From positions 1 to 64,000 of the forward strand of contig NW_027366775.1 in NCBI RefSeq assembly GCF_046119375.1: 64,000 bases of DNA, given 5' to 3'. The DNA comes from Phyllobates terribilis (taxonomy: Eukaryota). The notes beneath the pieces were generated by a model. It was not told where the DNA came from and ran no database searches. It was given only the letters and a program-made list of their open reading frames with translations. Shown here in pieces: positions 23,752-37,049 of this stretch (position 1 is its first letter; each line of letters starts with the position of its first letter). A program made the position numbers and the translations under genes.

Positions 23752-24670
23752 CTCTCGGCCGGTAGTTCTGCTGTTGCTGGTTCTCCCAAGGCCGAGGAAA
23801 TCCATATCCTTCTATCGCATTCACCTCTGCAATTGTGTTGTCCTGCAACTTGGGAAACTGGTCTGAATGATGGGCTGAACTCGCGCATATCTCACAGACT
23901 CACGTTGTATGTTGCCTGCTCTTCAATAGTAGGATTTCAAACATCTTCTTTATTTCATCCATTTCACTTGTCGGACCGGATCCTTCACTAATTTTCATTG
24001 TTCATCATTCTCTTGGTATAGGTCCTCTCAAAACTCCTTGTACTCTCATCCATGTTCTGTAGTTTCTCCATAGCATCCTCTACGTTCACGTAGAGAATGC
24101 TTCCTCCGCAAGCCGAGTCGATCATCCTCCTCTCAGAATACAATAATCCTAAGGTGAGAAATATTACAAAATTCGGGTGCTCGTAGCCATGAAAGGGGCA
24201 GCTAGCACAAACCTCTCTAGGTAGTCTTACATAGTCTCCTCGTCTTGCTGCTCTACTTGCACTATATCCCTTCTTAACGCATTAGCCTTCTTCATTTGGA
24301 AGTACCAGTTCAAGAACATCCGATTTAGCTTCTCCCAACTATCTATATATCCTCTGGCGGTGTCGTTCAGCGTGAAACCGGACGCCTTCATCTTAATTTT
24401 TTCTTCCGACACATTGACCGGCTTCATGGTCATGCATATATCGTGAAACTTGTCCAAGTGCATGATGGGGTCCTCTCCAGACAGACCATGGAATGTCGAA
24501 AGCAAGTTGATCACCCCGGGCTTGAGTTTGAAGGTGACTCCATGAGAGAGTGGTGGTAGGACCATTGCTAGGAGCTGCTCCGTCAGATCGGGAGTGGTGT
24601 GCTCCCGCAGCGTCCTATTTCCGGCATTATTATTCTGCTGAGCATAGGCATCTAAGAATTGGTTCATCAA
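23752..24670 (-). pseudogene. Athila-type gag remnant (continues 21974-21110)
   Basis: FKLKPGVINLLSTFHGLSGEDPIMHLDKFHDIC...EEKIKMKA, a Retrotrans_gag-like motif. Confidence 0.85.
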
Positions 24671-24869
24671 TAATTGATTTGCATGCAGCTGCTCAGGGGT
24701 CTGCTGGTTATCCTGGTCGTCATTTATGTTGTCCTTCCTCTTCTATCCTCTCAATCTCTGGGATGAGCTCAACAAGTGAATGATTAGTAGTATGGGTGTT
24801 GACCATGCACTACTCAGCACCGGAGTCAATTAAAATAATACCACAAGAAAAGAACAACGGTGCCATATT

Positions 24870-26181
24870 TGGCAACGGTCAAAATGGTCGTTTCTGCCGC
24901 TATCAAAGTAATTTATCCCAGCTACTACTTTACCAAAATAAAGCGGTAAGTAGAGGTCGAATCCAATAGTGAATCAAATGAGAACAATTCTTATTGTATT
25001 AAGTTCAATCAACACTAAAATGTAACAAAAAAGAGAAATGATGAAACTAACTAAGAAATGATTGATTTGTGATCAATATGGGAAATCACTTTGCAAGATT
25101 GGTATCCACTAACAAGTTGATTAGATGATATTAGACTTATTCTATTCGGGTTCTTTCCTAATGCCTATATATCCTCTAATTCCCCTAATCATTGTTCCGT
25201 TGTAGGTAACTAGTTCAACTAGCCTTAATAGCCCTTACCTCTAAATCTAACCCTGAAACTATCAAAGGTCAATTTCTAGGCAGCATTATGTTCAAGAATA
25301 AACAAGAATGTGCAGCGCCACTTGGATACTAACACATCATTACCCTCCACACAACTACAATTCCAACTAGTCCAGGTAATTGAATTGCTACAAAATGACA
25401 AGGCTCTCCAACTCGGACATGCCAGGCCTAGCTATATGAAATTGACTTAAACAACCTAGTTGATAAATCTAGATAGATAATTCAATTCAATAGGAAATAT
25501 ATGCAACAGGATAACGCAAACTAGGATATATTATTAAAACCAAATGATAGAAGTCTTACATTTAATCAACCTATTGGATTCCACCGATCGAACAAAGTAT
25601 AGGAGACTACTCCTGGCTCATTGCGAATAAACTATGTAAATATGAAATGAATAAAAGATGAGATGTGAGATAATAGATGGAGTAGAAGCTCTTGTCTATT
25701 TATAAACCTAGAAACCCTAGAATTAATCACCAAAAAGCCCAGTCAAAAGCTCCATTAAAAAGCAATAAAAAGACTCGAAAAATCTCTAAGAAAAGCCCAA
25801 AATAGAGTCATAGCCCAGCAGTGGCACGGCAGCGCCCAGGTCTGGCCCGTGCGCGCATGGGCGATGGCGCGGTCACGTTTGAGCATGCCTGGTTGCGCCC
25901 GGGTGATTTTGCTCATTTCACCGGAGATCATGGGCACGCTCACGCGGGCCGTGGTTGTGGTCGTGCCTAGGTTTATGTAGCTTCTTCTCCTACGTGGACG
26001 CGTGATTGTGCCTCATATTTGGACATCTTCTTCGGTGTTCTCCCAGATGCTCGTAATCCTCGTGTTTAACCACTTTACTCTGCGCGTTCTAGACTACGGT
26101 GATATGATCTAAACCATGGCCGATACGCTGATAGATGATGCTAACAACCACTGTTTATGCCATACTAGATGTCGCTCATCA
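24870..26181 (-). repeat. 5' LTR, family C
   Basis: Next to the PBS; same length as, and colinear with, 17782-19091. Confidence 0.88.
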
Positions 26182-26186
26182 ATATA

Positions 26187-26707
26187 CCTCAAGGGAACTT
26201 GCAACCTTTGTCTATGGTACCTTAAGTGTTATGATTTTACCATTTTTGGGTACATGGACACTAGCTATCCTGGATATTTGATGTGTTGTAAGAGTATCTC
26301 AGGTTTGGAGGCTCAATTCCTTGACCCTTGTCATGTATCTTGGGATCGAGGAAGCAAAATTCAATCACCCTCTCTACCACTCAAGTTGAATACATACCCA
26401 TCATAAATTGTTGCTCTCCTCTTCTGGCTCAAGCAACAACTCGCTATTTTTGTATCTTTCCTGGTTCCCTTGAAATCAAATGTGACAAAACAAGCGTGAT
26501 CAATATTTAAAAGAACCTAGTGCATCACTCAGGGACAAATGATATTGACATTTGTCACCACTTCCTTCCATATCATGTTGAAAAGAAGAACATTATACTA
26601 AGCCATTGCATGATTTAAGAGTAAATAGCTGATATTTCCACCAAGGCCTTACACAAGAAAACTTTCATCAATCCAAGTCTACTGTTAGGAATGATTCCTA
26701 TCAAATA
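26187..26707 (+). pseudogene. Sirevirus-like RT end and RNaseH remnant
   Basis: YLKGTCNLCLWY, RKQNSITLSTTQVEYI, KNLVHHSGTNDIDICHHFL, IADISTKAL. Confidence 0.85.
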
Positions 26708-27379
26708 ATCTCCCCCCTGAAACTGTAAGTTTTCTGGAAAATTAACTAGAATTAGCTGCTATTTTTAACCTTGGAAACTTAGGGATTGAATTTTTTTACC
26801 TGGAAAGCATGTATCCCTTCAAATCCTTGTCTCTTGTATGACTATATAATTCTTACTTTAAAGGACCTAGCTATATTGCTCTATGATTGCATATTTTGTG
26901 AATATTCGCTCTCTCTTGCATACTATTCTTTACAAGCCATGATATGTAGTCATAGTGGTTTATTCTTAACCGTATCACAAAGCCCCCCCAATATGATTTG
27001 TGACTATTAGTTGGTCCCTCATCTGATCTTTGTGTTACTGATGTGCACTACTTTGTACAGAACATTTAAATTTTTTTAGCACATTATGTATATATTTTTT
27101 GAATATTTTATCGGTGTTTCTATGATCTGGACATGAGACTTGATATTGTGCTAAATGAGGTTTTCTATAACACTTCGAATATTAGATTGAAGACCGGAGG
27201 AAAAAAGTGAAAAGTCTGAACAGAGAGTGTCTCCCACAGGTTCCAAAAACCGCATCCATGGTGCATGCTCATTTATCTCCTAGTTGAATAAGTGAAGAAT
27301 GTTAGAAGATTAAAGACTTTTAGCGGATTGCGGCTAGAGGCCTATCGCTGCACCCGATGGCGCATCTCAGACCTACTCG

Positions 27380-27640
27380 GGGTTCCATCTCAGTCTTAGA
27401 AGCGCTATCTCCGTGTCAACATGGAAACTTCCCATGAGGTCACCCATCGCAGGCCTACTTCTTCCCCACCCTTTGGGTTGAGCCACCTTCATAGGGCCAT
27501 ACGCACTCGAACCACTGAGTCAGCTCTTACACCATTTTTAAGGTATGAAACCTTAGAAGCATTGTCCTCATTTCAACACAAAATATTTTAGGAGGTCACC
27601 ATCCCAAGAATACTCTCTCTCCAGCGCGCTTAATGATATA
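27380..27640 (-). mobile_element. Decayed Cassandra-like TRIM (two 5S-derived LTR pieces, PBS, short internal region, PPT)
   Basis: 27591-27633 matches the plant 5S rRNA reverse complement at about 35/44 (manual alignment). A second 5S-like piece lies at about 27426-27460. Between them, on the minus strand, are TGGTGTAAGAGC (10/12 to the Met PBS) and the purine tract aaagggtggggaag. Confidence 0.6.
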
Positions 27641-28895
27641 CATGATTATGTCATGTTTATATGCAAGGTTTAGAGTTGGTTTAATATGATTGGACACTAA
27701 TTTGGAGCACATTTAAAGCATTTGAGAGATTTTTGGGAAGTGTGTTATTATAAAGATTAGAAGACCTTACTGAAGATTGAGACCAATTTAGTAGAAAAAT
27801 ATTGCAGACCAAGGAAGAAGAATGAAGACTACAAGGGCTATTGAAGATCATGTCGAAGACGAAGCTGAAGGAGCGTTCTGCTGAAGGACGGCGTATATCA
27901 CCCCCATAGTGGAGATCACTTGCCTATTCATTACAGAAATTGTCTGAACTGGATCATGGAAGGAGATCACAGTTCACTGACTAGGAATCACGCCCGCGCG
28001 GGAATTTACTCAAGATATTATAAAGTTCTTCTATTTTCGCGATTGTTTTGCTTGTTTTGATGTAAATTCGTTTATATTATTGTTTTTTCAATTTAGAATT
28101 TTAGGTTATTTTAGAGTGGAGAAACATATTATTAATTATTATTCATAGTTGCTTTCATCCCTAGGTCTAGTTTATACCATGAACAAGAAGAACTACGCTT
28201 TGATTGCTTAGTTGGACTATTGAAGTTTTTCAACTTAATTTAAGTTGTGAGATTTTGTATTCTTATCTATTGTTGATGCGTTATTTTTCTCTTGTACTTA
28301 TCTAGTTTGGTGAAATAGGCATTGTGTCTATTTTGTTAGGTTAGAGTGTTACTAGTTGAGCATGTCTAATTCTTCAAAACAATTGTATCATACTAGTATC
28401 TGGTTATGCTAGTCAACTATAGAAGAGAATTGATATATGAACTAAGACATTATCTGGTTATTTTATATTACTTAGTATCCTACTATATTCCTTTGCATCA
28501 TGTCTCTATTAAATTGAATCATCTTGTGGTTAATCAAGTAGTTAAAATTACTAGTATCTGGTTGTGTTATTGGTTAGATTAGAGCAATATAGGAACACAT
28601 TGCATATAAAGGTATTGAAAGCATTTCTATGATCAAGTTGTCAACTGAATATGGATATGTGTCTCGATAGGTTCCCATCTCAAATATTATACATTCGTTA
28701 TTCATTTGCGTGTTAGATAGATTTGAAACACAAAACAAACCCCTCTTTATGGTTACTTGGTTGACATAACTGTATAATATAAGATATATCTACCTCCTGG
28801 CGGATCTCAACCCATACTTTGTAGGACTACTTATTAGTTGTTTTAGATTATGTGAATATTTTCTTAACTTTGAAGTCTAACGATGACTTCCAACA
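27640..28895 (+). repeat. Athila-type LTR-like segment, related to family D
   Basis: Shares gaagctgaaggag and ttgtgagatttt blocks with the reverse complement of 53225-53961 and ends in ...caaca. The left boundary is uncertain and there is no TSD. Confidence 0.4.
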
Positions 28896-29299
28896 GTTAT
28901 CACTTAACTTTTTAGTTCTTATCCTCACTTGAACAGTGAAAAAGGAAGAGCTCTTGTTAAAATAGTAGAAATTTAATTATTATAGGGATTATAAACACAA
29001 TGTGTTACATGAATCTCCGTATCGTATTAGTTATAACTATTATTATTATTATATGGGAATTTAGTAATTTCAATTTTCTTAATCCCTAATTTATTAATTT
29101 ACTAGATTTATTATTATCCTAGACCTAGTTTCCTATTAGTCGTACATTATACATATGATTTGTCAAACAATATTCTACGCTTAAGTAGTATCCTTTCCCT
29201 TTCTTATGTTTATCCATGACTATGAGGAACTAAACACCTCTTTGTTCCGCCCGACTCTTGAACTTTATAGTTTATAGAACTGAATATTCTTCTATCATA

Positions 29300-29949
29300 T
29301 TGGATTCCTTATCCAAGTTATTTCATTCTCTTGAATGATATACGTAATTGATTTTTATTGATTTCTCTAGCCTGATCAAATAGGATTGTTAGTACTATTC
29401 ATATTTATCAATCCATGTTGGAACGATTTATCTAGCAGCGCAACACAATTTATATGCATGTTGCAAGGATCTATTGTGTTGGAAAATTAATCATATGTTG
29501 TTTGGCATTTTGTCTATTGCATATGCCTTGTTAAGTCCTTGTTTCAATGCTAATTACCAATTGTGTCTTGCGGGTTGTGGAACTAATAAGTGATAAGTAC
29601 TATCGACGTTGGTTGAACTGATAGATAATTACGATGGGGATAAGGATAACACTTGGAATTGATGTGATAGAAAGAAGTATATGAGGATCAACAGATTTAA
29701 ACTATAAATGGATAGATATTCAAGTGAGGCACTTTTCTCCATAATTCTTACAGTATCAATCATTACATGCTTTTTTCGAAGTATAATCATAATAAAATCC
29801 GCCTTGTTACTTGATTTCATGTATTTACTTGTTGATTGTCTGAATAGCTAAAACAGATAACTAACTCCTCGTGAGATTCGACATTTACTTGCATTATATT
29901 TGTAATAGGTGATCTAAGATATATATTTGACGGGACCAATCCCGTTACA
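29300..29949 (+). repeat. Probable 3' half of a Ty3/gypsy LTR
   Basis: Ends ctcctcgtgagattcgac...gacgggaccaatcccgttaca, resembling gypsy U5 ends. No partner copy in the window. Confidence 0.35.
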
Positions 29950-30449
29950 TACCTGTAATGTATTACTATGGAGAGATTTAGGCTTAATCTCTCCCTACGA
30001 TTCTTTGAGCAATATTATTAAGAAAAAATAGATAGTTTATGAGAGTGTTTTGTGAGTTGGTGATAAATGGGTCGGAAGCTCGTCACTAGAGTCCTCTGAC
30101 TGTTATGCAAAATGATAATTATATCAATTTAATTTTCAAAATAATCCTAATTAAATAAGAAATGGTTTAGGGAAAACAAAGGTCGAATCCACAAGGAGGC
30201 ATTTTCTTTTATGATTGTATGTGTACTTATGCTAATCGAGTAACTAGGATAGAGTTGCATTGTTTATATTGAAACTAATGAGACTACTGGAAATGGAACT
30301 TAGCTAGACATTAACTATATCTAGTTGAAAAGCGAATCATGAAAATTAATTCAATACCTTTTAATTGAATGTGTTCCATTTCCTTTTCAATTCTAACTAA
30401 TAGTACAATCAGATACTACTGGTTCAATCCACCTTGTTAGCCATGAAAT

Positions 30450-31672
30450 TGACAAAGGGGTCTCATATGCATCTCGTGGCACACACGAGTGTCAAAGTAA
30501 TTATTATCCTCAAAACAAACTAACAATGGTACATAGAAGTAAGGAGTCAATCCCACAGATAAATATAACAGTATTAGGATCTACCAGAACTCGTATTCAA
30601 ATTGTTTGATTTATGTGTGATTATGCTTGGGGTTATTGTTCCACTTTACTAATCCGCCTATATTTCCATTTTATTTTAGATGATTGTGATCTTCTCCACC
30701 TATTCATATTGATTCTTATGTTTCCTTATCCTAAAGACAAATTCATATCCTACTTTCACTAACCCAGAACCTTGTAGAGCATGTTTGATACAAAGAATAT
30801 GCATAATTATAATGAGCTACACACAAGCATCTCCAAATCTTAACTTTTGAGATGAGCCAACATACTGGCGTCTTTAAATCTCAACAATTAAGATGAGCCA
30901 ATAGGTGTGTCTAAAAATCTCGATTCTGTGTCTTGCTTACTCCTTTAACTTGTGTCTGCAACCAGTCTAAACACAAGCAAAGGGTTTACTAAAATGATAG
31001 TATGCTAGTAATCATGAATGTTCAAGTTGTCAATATAATCAATCATACAAAGTAATAGGATGATAATCATGGAGGCAAACACATCAACATAGTACAAATC
31101 AACATGAATAGAAGGTTACAAAACTAAAACTTCCATATAGATTAAATAGAAAGGGGAAATAATTTATGGAGCTTAGCTCCTCATACTATGCTTGGAAATA
31201 TGAATGAAATAATAAAATAGAGAACAACCCTGGATCATAGGGAGAAAGGATCTTTATATAGGAGACCAACTTAACCTGATTCTACCAAGTACTATAATAA
31301 AAAAAAATAAGAAGAATAAGAAACTAATCCTAACAAACTCATGCTAAATAATAACAAACTAGATATGTCTTCGAAGGTGAATTGGAGATTTCTGTGATCT
31401 GGTGGATGCGCAGGGAACAAATGGTAAGGTTGTTGAGGCCGGTGAGATTCTTCTTATCCTTTTCGACAAAACGATCCAGCACGTGGGAAAAGGGAAAATA
31501 TGGACTAGACCAAGGGCACGGGGAATGGCCATAACTCCTTTGACTCTTCAATTCTGGCAGCTACACTTCTACTTGATATTTGTGGAAATCACAACTAAGA
31601 TAATACAACTCATAACTCCTGTGAATGTGTGCTAAATCCTATGAATTAAACCATTGCGATTGGATAATATAA
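30450..31672 (-). repeat. 3' LTR, Athila-type family B
   Basis: Colinear with 55720-57045 (about 80% by eye). Followed on the plus strand by aatccccccatacttaag, the reverse complement of a PPT region. Confidence 0.8.
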
Positions 31673-33109
31673 AATCCCCCCATACTTAAGACTTTTACTC
31701 ATCCCAAGTAAGAAAAAACTCAACTCTCTCAATGCAGCATAAAAGGTCTCATAAAGTATGAAAGAAAATGACTTCACAATGTCCAATAGCTAGTCATCAT
31801 ACTCTAGGAAAAATGAAAACGGAGATAGATGTGAATAGACAATAATATCAAAGACAATACCTCCATGCAGCTCATGAGTAGCTAATCACGAACTCTCTTT
31901 ATAACGCCTCTTCTTATGTCACCTATGCCAGAATGGGTAAACCGTTAAATCTCTCTTTTTTCATTCTCTCAATCTGCCTAGGCACCTTTTTTGGATTTCA
32001 ACTAGAAACTCCTTTTCTTTTAGGCTCACATAGTCTCACATCTCTCATAACCTCATATTATACCAGTCTATACCGGTCAAGGTGACTAGCTTATTGCATG
32101 AATCGCCTTGTAGGATTTTCAAAACATCCTAAGATTTTAATTGCCTTTTTCTTTTTGTGGATTTTTCAGTAGTTCATTTTTTATCTTTTCAAAAAAATGC
32201 AATATTTAAAGACTCAATAAACAAAAAAAATCTTAAAAAATGAGACTAATTCTTAATTCAAAAACTGACTCAACAAAACTAGAAAAAAAACTAGTTAAGA
32301 ATATACAATGATGGCATATCTCTCCCTCATACATAACTTCTGCATTGCCTTCAATGTAGATATCAGACACAAAATAAAGTAAAAGGAAATAGAAGTAAAA
32401 CATCTAGACAAAAATTTGGAAGAAGTGGAAACAAACCAAGAGGTGAAGAACTTTATTGAAGAAAACTGAACCAAATAAATTTAGGCACCAAGAGGGGGAA
32501 TAATCGTGAAAAGAGAGGCACTGGTCACGGCTCAGCTCCTGTGGAAAAAATATCTTTGGTACTCAGGGAACACACTACACATGCTCAATATGAAAGTCTT
32601 TGCTCATCTAGAACTATGATAAATAGTGAATGATGGTGTAACACCAAGACAAAGGTTTAGTAACCTAAAATCTGGCAACATGGAAAAGAAGGATAGTAGT
32701 ACGTCATCGGCGCTAGAGATCTTGTTACCTAAGGGAGGCGATGACGTTAGGCATGGAAAAAGAGAGCAGAAAGATGGTAGAAGTGATGGTGAAACAGAAA
32801 GATGATTTGGTTTGTGTCTCCAAGCATCTTTTCTGGATTTTCTTAGCCTTTTTCTTCTTCTTTTGTTCATCTGTTTGTTTTTTAAAACTTAATCCTCAAA
32901 TATAAAATACAACAACACAAAAGAATATGCTCTAACACATCAAGACAACACAAAAGTAATAAAGCTAACAGAAAATGAAAACTTCCTAAATTCTCTGCCC
33001 CCTTACTTAGGTAATACTCAGTCCTCGATACGGAAAAAGAGAAACTATATAAAAAGGGAAATAAAATAGTAAAGCTCAATTGACTTGGGAACTGGGTGGA
33101 CCATAGCAC

Positions 33110-35050
33110 ACTACTGTTTGTGAAGCTGACCCATATGCTCGTGTGTCTCTTTGGTAGTTGTATCATAGTCTTCATCATGGTTGTCAGGATAGAGATCCTA
33201 CTTTGGATCGGAGAGGTGGGTAGGATCGGATTGGTAGGATCGGATTGTAGGATCGTAAGATCCTACGAGTTCATATTAGTGAACATTTGAAATGATAAAA
33301 TTCGACTATGATATGTATTTCAAATGAAAAATAATGCCAAAATACCAACTTTTGATCATATAAAATCGGTATTAGAGTCCATGCATAGTTAAAACGATTG
33401 TACGAGGGTTAATTTAAAGTTCAAAAATTTTCAAAATCAAAAAAAAGTTGTACATTGTAGGTTTACTTAAGTTTAAGGTTATGCAACAATGCCAAATTTG
33501 TTGTCCTTTGGGCACGTAAATGATTTCTCTTTTGTGTATGCACCTAAATAGCATTGAAAAATAAATTTAGGATAAAAAATCAATTACATAAGAAATGGAG
33601 TTCAAAAATTAATTTAAATGGAGGAAAATCAACCATTGGTAATGGGATCGTAGCATCTTACAATCCTACATGTCCAATCCTATACGATCATGTACAATCA
33701 TGTATGATCCTGAATCCGATCCTGGCATAGGTCCGATCCTACATAGGATCGGGATTCTTTTGCAAATATTGGATCGTAGGATCGTATGATCTGGATCGCG
33801 GTCCTGATAACAATGATCTCCACAATTCTGTCATGGCATGTCAGCAATGCTTGAATGAGCTTGTCAACTCATCGCACCCATGTATGTGACCGGTCATCAG
33901 TTAATACTTGATTCGCAGCTGTTCTTTCAGTGCATGGATGGGGTCGACCTTGAGCTAGACCTTCTTCTTGTGTACTCTTTGCATCATTTGACAGTTGTGC
34001 TTGAAAATCCTACGCTATAGATTGGATATAGTATTCACCGGAAGACGGTCCTAATGGAAATTCTCTCAGGTGCCAGACCTGATGGATTTTGGAAACGTAG
34101 TAGAGCCGAAACATGTCTTTTTTGTTCTTAATTGTGAGGAAACCAACTCTCTTCAGATGATCCAAATTTTAGCAGCTAGTTCGACTTCGTCCTCCTCTAT
34201 CAGTACGGGTGTCCCGCATATTTCAACAATGGAAGCCATAATCATGCCCTGATGTATCAATCAATCTTTCTCTAGGTCCTACACTCGCTGTAAGCTATGA
34301 AAAAAGAAAGACACCTAACAAGGAGTAATTTTGACTATGGCATCACGCACCAAGTGTAATATTAGTTATTCTGCGATAGCCTGTTGGCATTTGAGTGTAC
34401 AAAAGTATTCACGATGAACATTTTTTCTCCAATCGAAGTGGAGGGTTTGTGATATGGTTGTTATTCTCATTGCTCACCCGGAACTCGGACTGCATGGTCA
34501 ACTTCCAGAAATCAAGAGGCTCCGAAACCTACATTGAAAACCATCCTGGTGTGGAATCCTTAATGACCCCTAGGCTCTATCTCATTTCAGCTATTGGTAC
34601 CACATATTCGGTTTTCTCCTAACTGAATGTGCAAGAAGTAACTTCCTTGTCCCCTTCTAGATTGACTTGAAACTCTAGGATGAAAAAATGACAAAATGAA
34701 TGGCAAAACACATGAGGCAAGAATCATTGATATCTAGGAACCCACCTAAACCTTCATGGTCGAATATCTCATGAATTGATTCTTTGAAACTCATCTGTGA
34801 TAAAGCTAACCAGCTTGTAACATTGCTTGGTACCACAAGCTTCTTTATGTCTTTCAACTTATTAATCAAGTCTCTCTAATTGGCGTACCACTTCTTCTCT
34901 TTCTTGGTCACCATTGGGAACAATAGATCTTATTGGAAGGAGGAGATACCGGGTAATTACTATGAACCAAAGTTAGGTTTGGGAAACTCTAGGGACTTTA
35001 ACACAAATCACGAAAAAAGAGGACGAGGATCGGGTCTCGTCTTTTGTTAA
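33110..35050 (-). pseudogene. Athila env-like/extra ORF remnant, interrupted by a MITE
   Basis: KKLVVPSNVTSWLALSQMSFKESIHEIFDHEGLGGFLDINDSC resembles Athila extra ORFs. It lies between the Athila ...gcctcctgagtagtgccttggtt motif (about 35745) and the 3' LTR. Confidence 0.5.
33176..33815. mobile_element. hAT-like non-autonomous element (MITE)
   Basis: TIRs CATGGTTGTCAGGA / reverse complement CATTGTTATCAGGA. GGATCG and GATCCTAC subterminal motifs cluster at both ends around an AT-rich core. 8-bp flanks gtcttcat/atctccac differ only by three transitions. Confidence 0.72.
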
Positions 35051-35999
35051 AGAGACATGGAACACAGGGCTACAGGCTTGGGTCGCGACAGAAATGGTGT
35101 GGGGTGGAAACAGAGATGCGATGCACCGCAGTGGCATTCTCGTCTCTCCCTCCCAGAAAATACTCTAACTCTGATTCTTAAACTCAAGGAAGTTGCAGCA
35201 ACGCGAATTTCAGTTTGATCTCTTGTAAACTCAATTGAATCCCCGGTGGGGAAGGTGGAAGGTTGGATATGGGTGTGAATTGGGGTTGATGATGATGATA
35301 GAAGGATAATGGTGGAGGTTTGTGGTTGTGGTAAAGGAAGGCGATCTGGGATGTCAACATGAGGCGTGTCAGTAATTTCGTTGGACACGGCGATGATGGT
35401 GGGGTAGAAAGTGGGATTCTGAGTTGGAAGAATTTGGAATTTTCGACTTATAGATATGGAGAGGCTTATTATTGAGTAGATTGGCTTTTACAAAGTTAGG
35501 GGTAGTGTAGTAATTGTGAGACAAAAACAAATTCTATCTATTCTAACTACTTTAAATCTATTCTAATCTAATTATTTGCTTCCTTCCTTGCTTGATAAGA
35601 AATGCACCTCCCCCTAGGGGCTAGCGTTTTGACTTGTAGGTACTTGAACGCCTTCTTTATACCTACAAATTAGCACATCAAAACAAATAAATGAGGTGAA
35701 AGTGAGCAAAATTTCCTAAACTACTCCTAATTTGACTATCTCGGTTTGCCTCCTGAGTAGTGCCTTGGTTAACACCATGGCTCGATGTCTATCATTGCTA
35801 TTCCTCTAGCTAGGCACATCAAGTTTTCATGGACTCGGGAACTCATATAGCTCATGAATGAACCAAGACTTGCAAGGTTTGAACCTTAGCCCCTCTAGGA
35901 CCATAACTATTGGTCTCTTAAAGTAACTCTCATCCTTCCCCCCATACTCGATGTAATTCATAGAAATAAAAATCAACGACATGTCATCTCTAGTAAATG

Positions 36000-36919
36000 G
36001 AACGGGACCACTGTCCAAAACACTATCTCAAGATCATTATCTATTGATCTATCTCTCATCATTCTAAATGCCTTCTTATTGTCACTTTCTATAATAGGTT
36101 CTTCCTAATCTTTAAAAAAATTGTGAATTTCAAGATTTCTTATGAATTTATTCTCTCGCATTCTTTTCATGCAAAGGTGAATAATGATGTACATTTCGTC
36201 AATCATTTGTATCTATATACCTACAATTGCTATAAATGAATTTTCGAGCATGCTCTGAAGTGTGCTCATCTATGTGTCCCTTCAGGGGTGGCAGTGGAAT
36301 TCACTGTATCTGTATGCATCTGTCCTGACAGACACGCAACAGATATAGTGATCGCGTACAGTCAATTTTGACTGACAGAGTTCAAGTCGTGATAAGTAAT
36401 CTCAACTTGTTCTTTGACAGTTTCCACTGTCAGATTTCCCTTTTTAATATTAATGTTCATGACAACAGTTTTCATGAAGGGCCTACATAACATAATAGGT
36501 GAATTAATATTGTTGGAAACACATAGGATATAGAAGTATGTACAAAACTAGAATCTTTGCACCCCTACTAACATGCTACGAACTACATCTTTCGGGTGGA
36601 CATTAATTCCATCTCCTAAGTGTACTTGCAGATTAGTGTTTTGTAATGGTGGCAGACCTAGAGAATCATACATCTTAGACTATATAACATTAATATATTC
36701 CCCTAGATCTAACATGGGTTTATTTATAAACTTTAAACCAAGAATGCTCGGGATAAAGTATATATGTAGAATATCACACTTGACCGGAAGTTCTTCGTTT
36801 AACTTATCTTCCATGTATCTCTTGTCTTTTTCTTTCTCCATCCTCTCAACATATGAAGCTTTGTTTGGGTCTTTCTTCATTTCATCTAGCCTCTCCTTTC
36901 CTGATTCATTAGTCGCCAT
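36000..36919 (-). pseudogene. Athila-type protease region remnant (family B)
   Basis: EELPVKCDIL...FIPSILG...PMLDLGEYINVI, and downstream GNLTVETVKEQVEI. No RT follows. Confidence 0.65.
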
Positions 36920-37049
36920 TATGTAACATACCCGATACTCATCCTTGAAGCAACATGGCTTGGCTTGGGGCTTCTTTGAAGTAGTCGTCTCAAAACCACG
37001 TGATAAGCAAGATGGTTGTCAGTCTCATTTGATATTAGGAAAGAAAACA

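Larger units (their letters stand above)
17782..26181 (-). mobile_element. Two-LTR Athila-type non-autonomous element (family C): gag + protease only
   Basis: LTRs 17782-19091 and 24870-26181; PBS TGGCACCGTTGTT at 24865-24853; PPT-side aagtgtggggg next to 19092; flanks ctata/atata (4/5). Removing it rejoins the RT frame IFLYLKGTCNLCLWY. Confidence 0.88.

Noticed and set aside
27420-27640. 5S rRNA genes
   Set aside because: Only 35-45 nt partial, diverged matches with a PBS and PPT between them; not full genes or an array.
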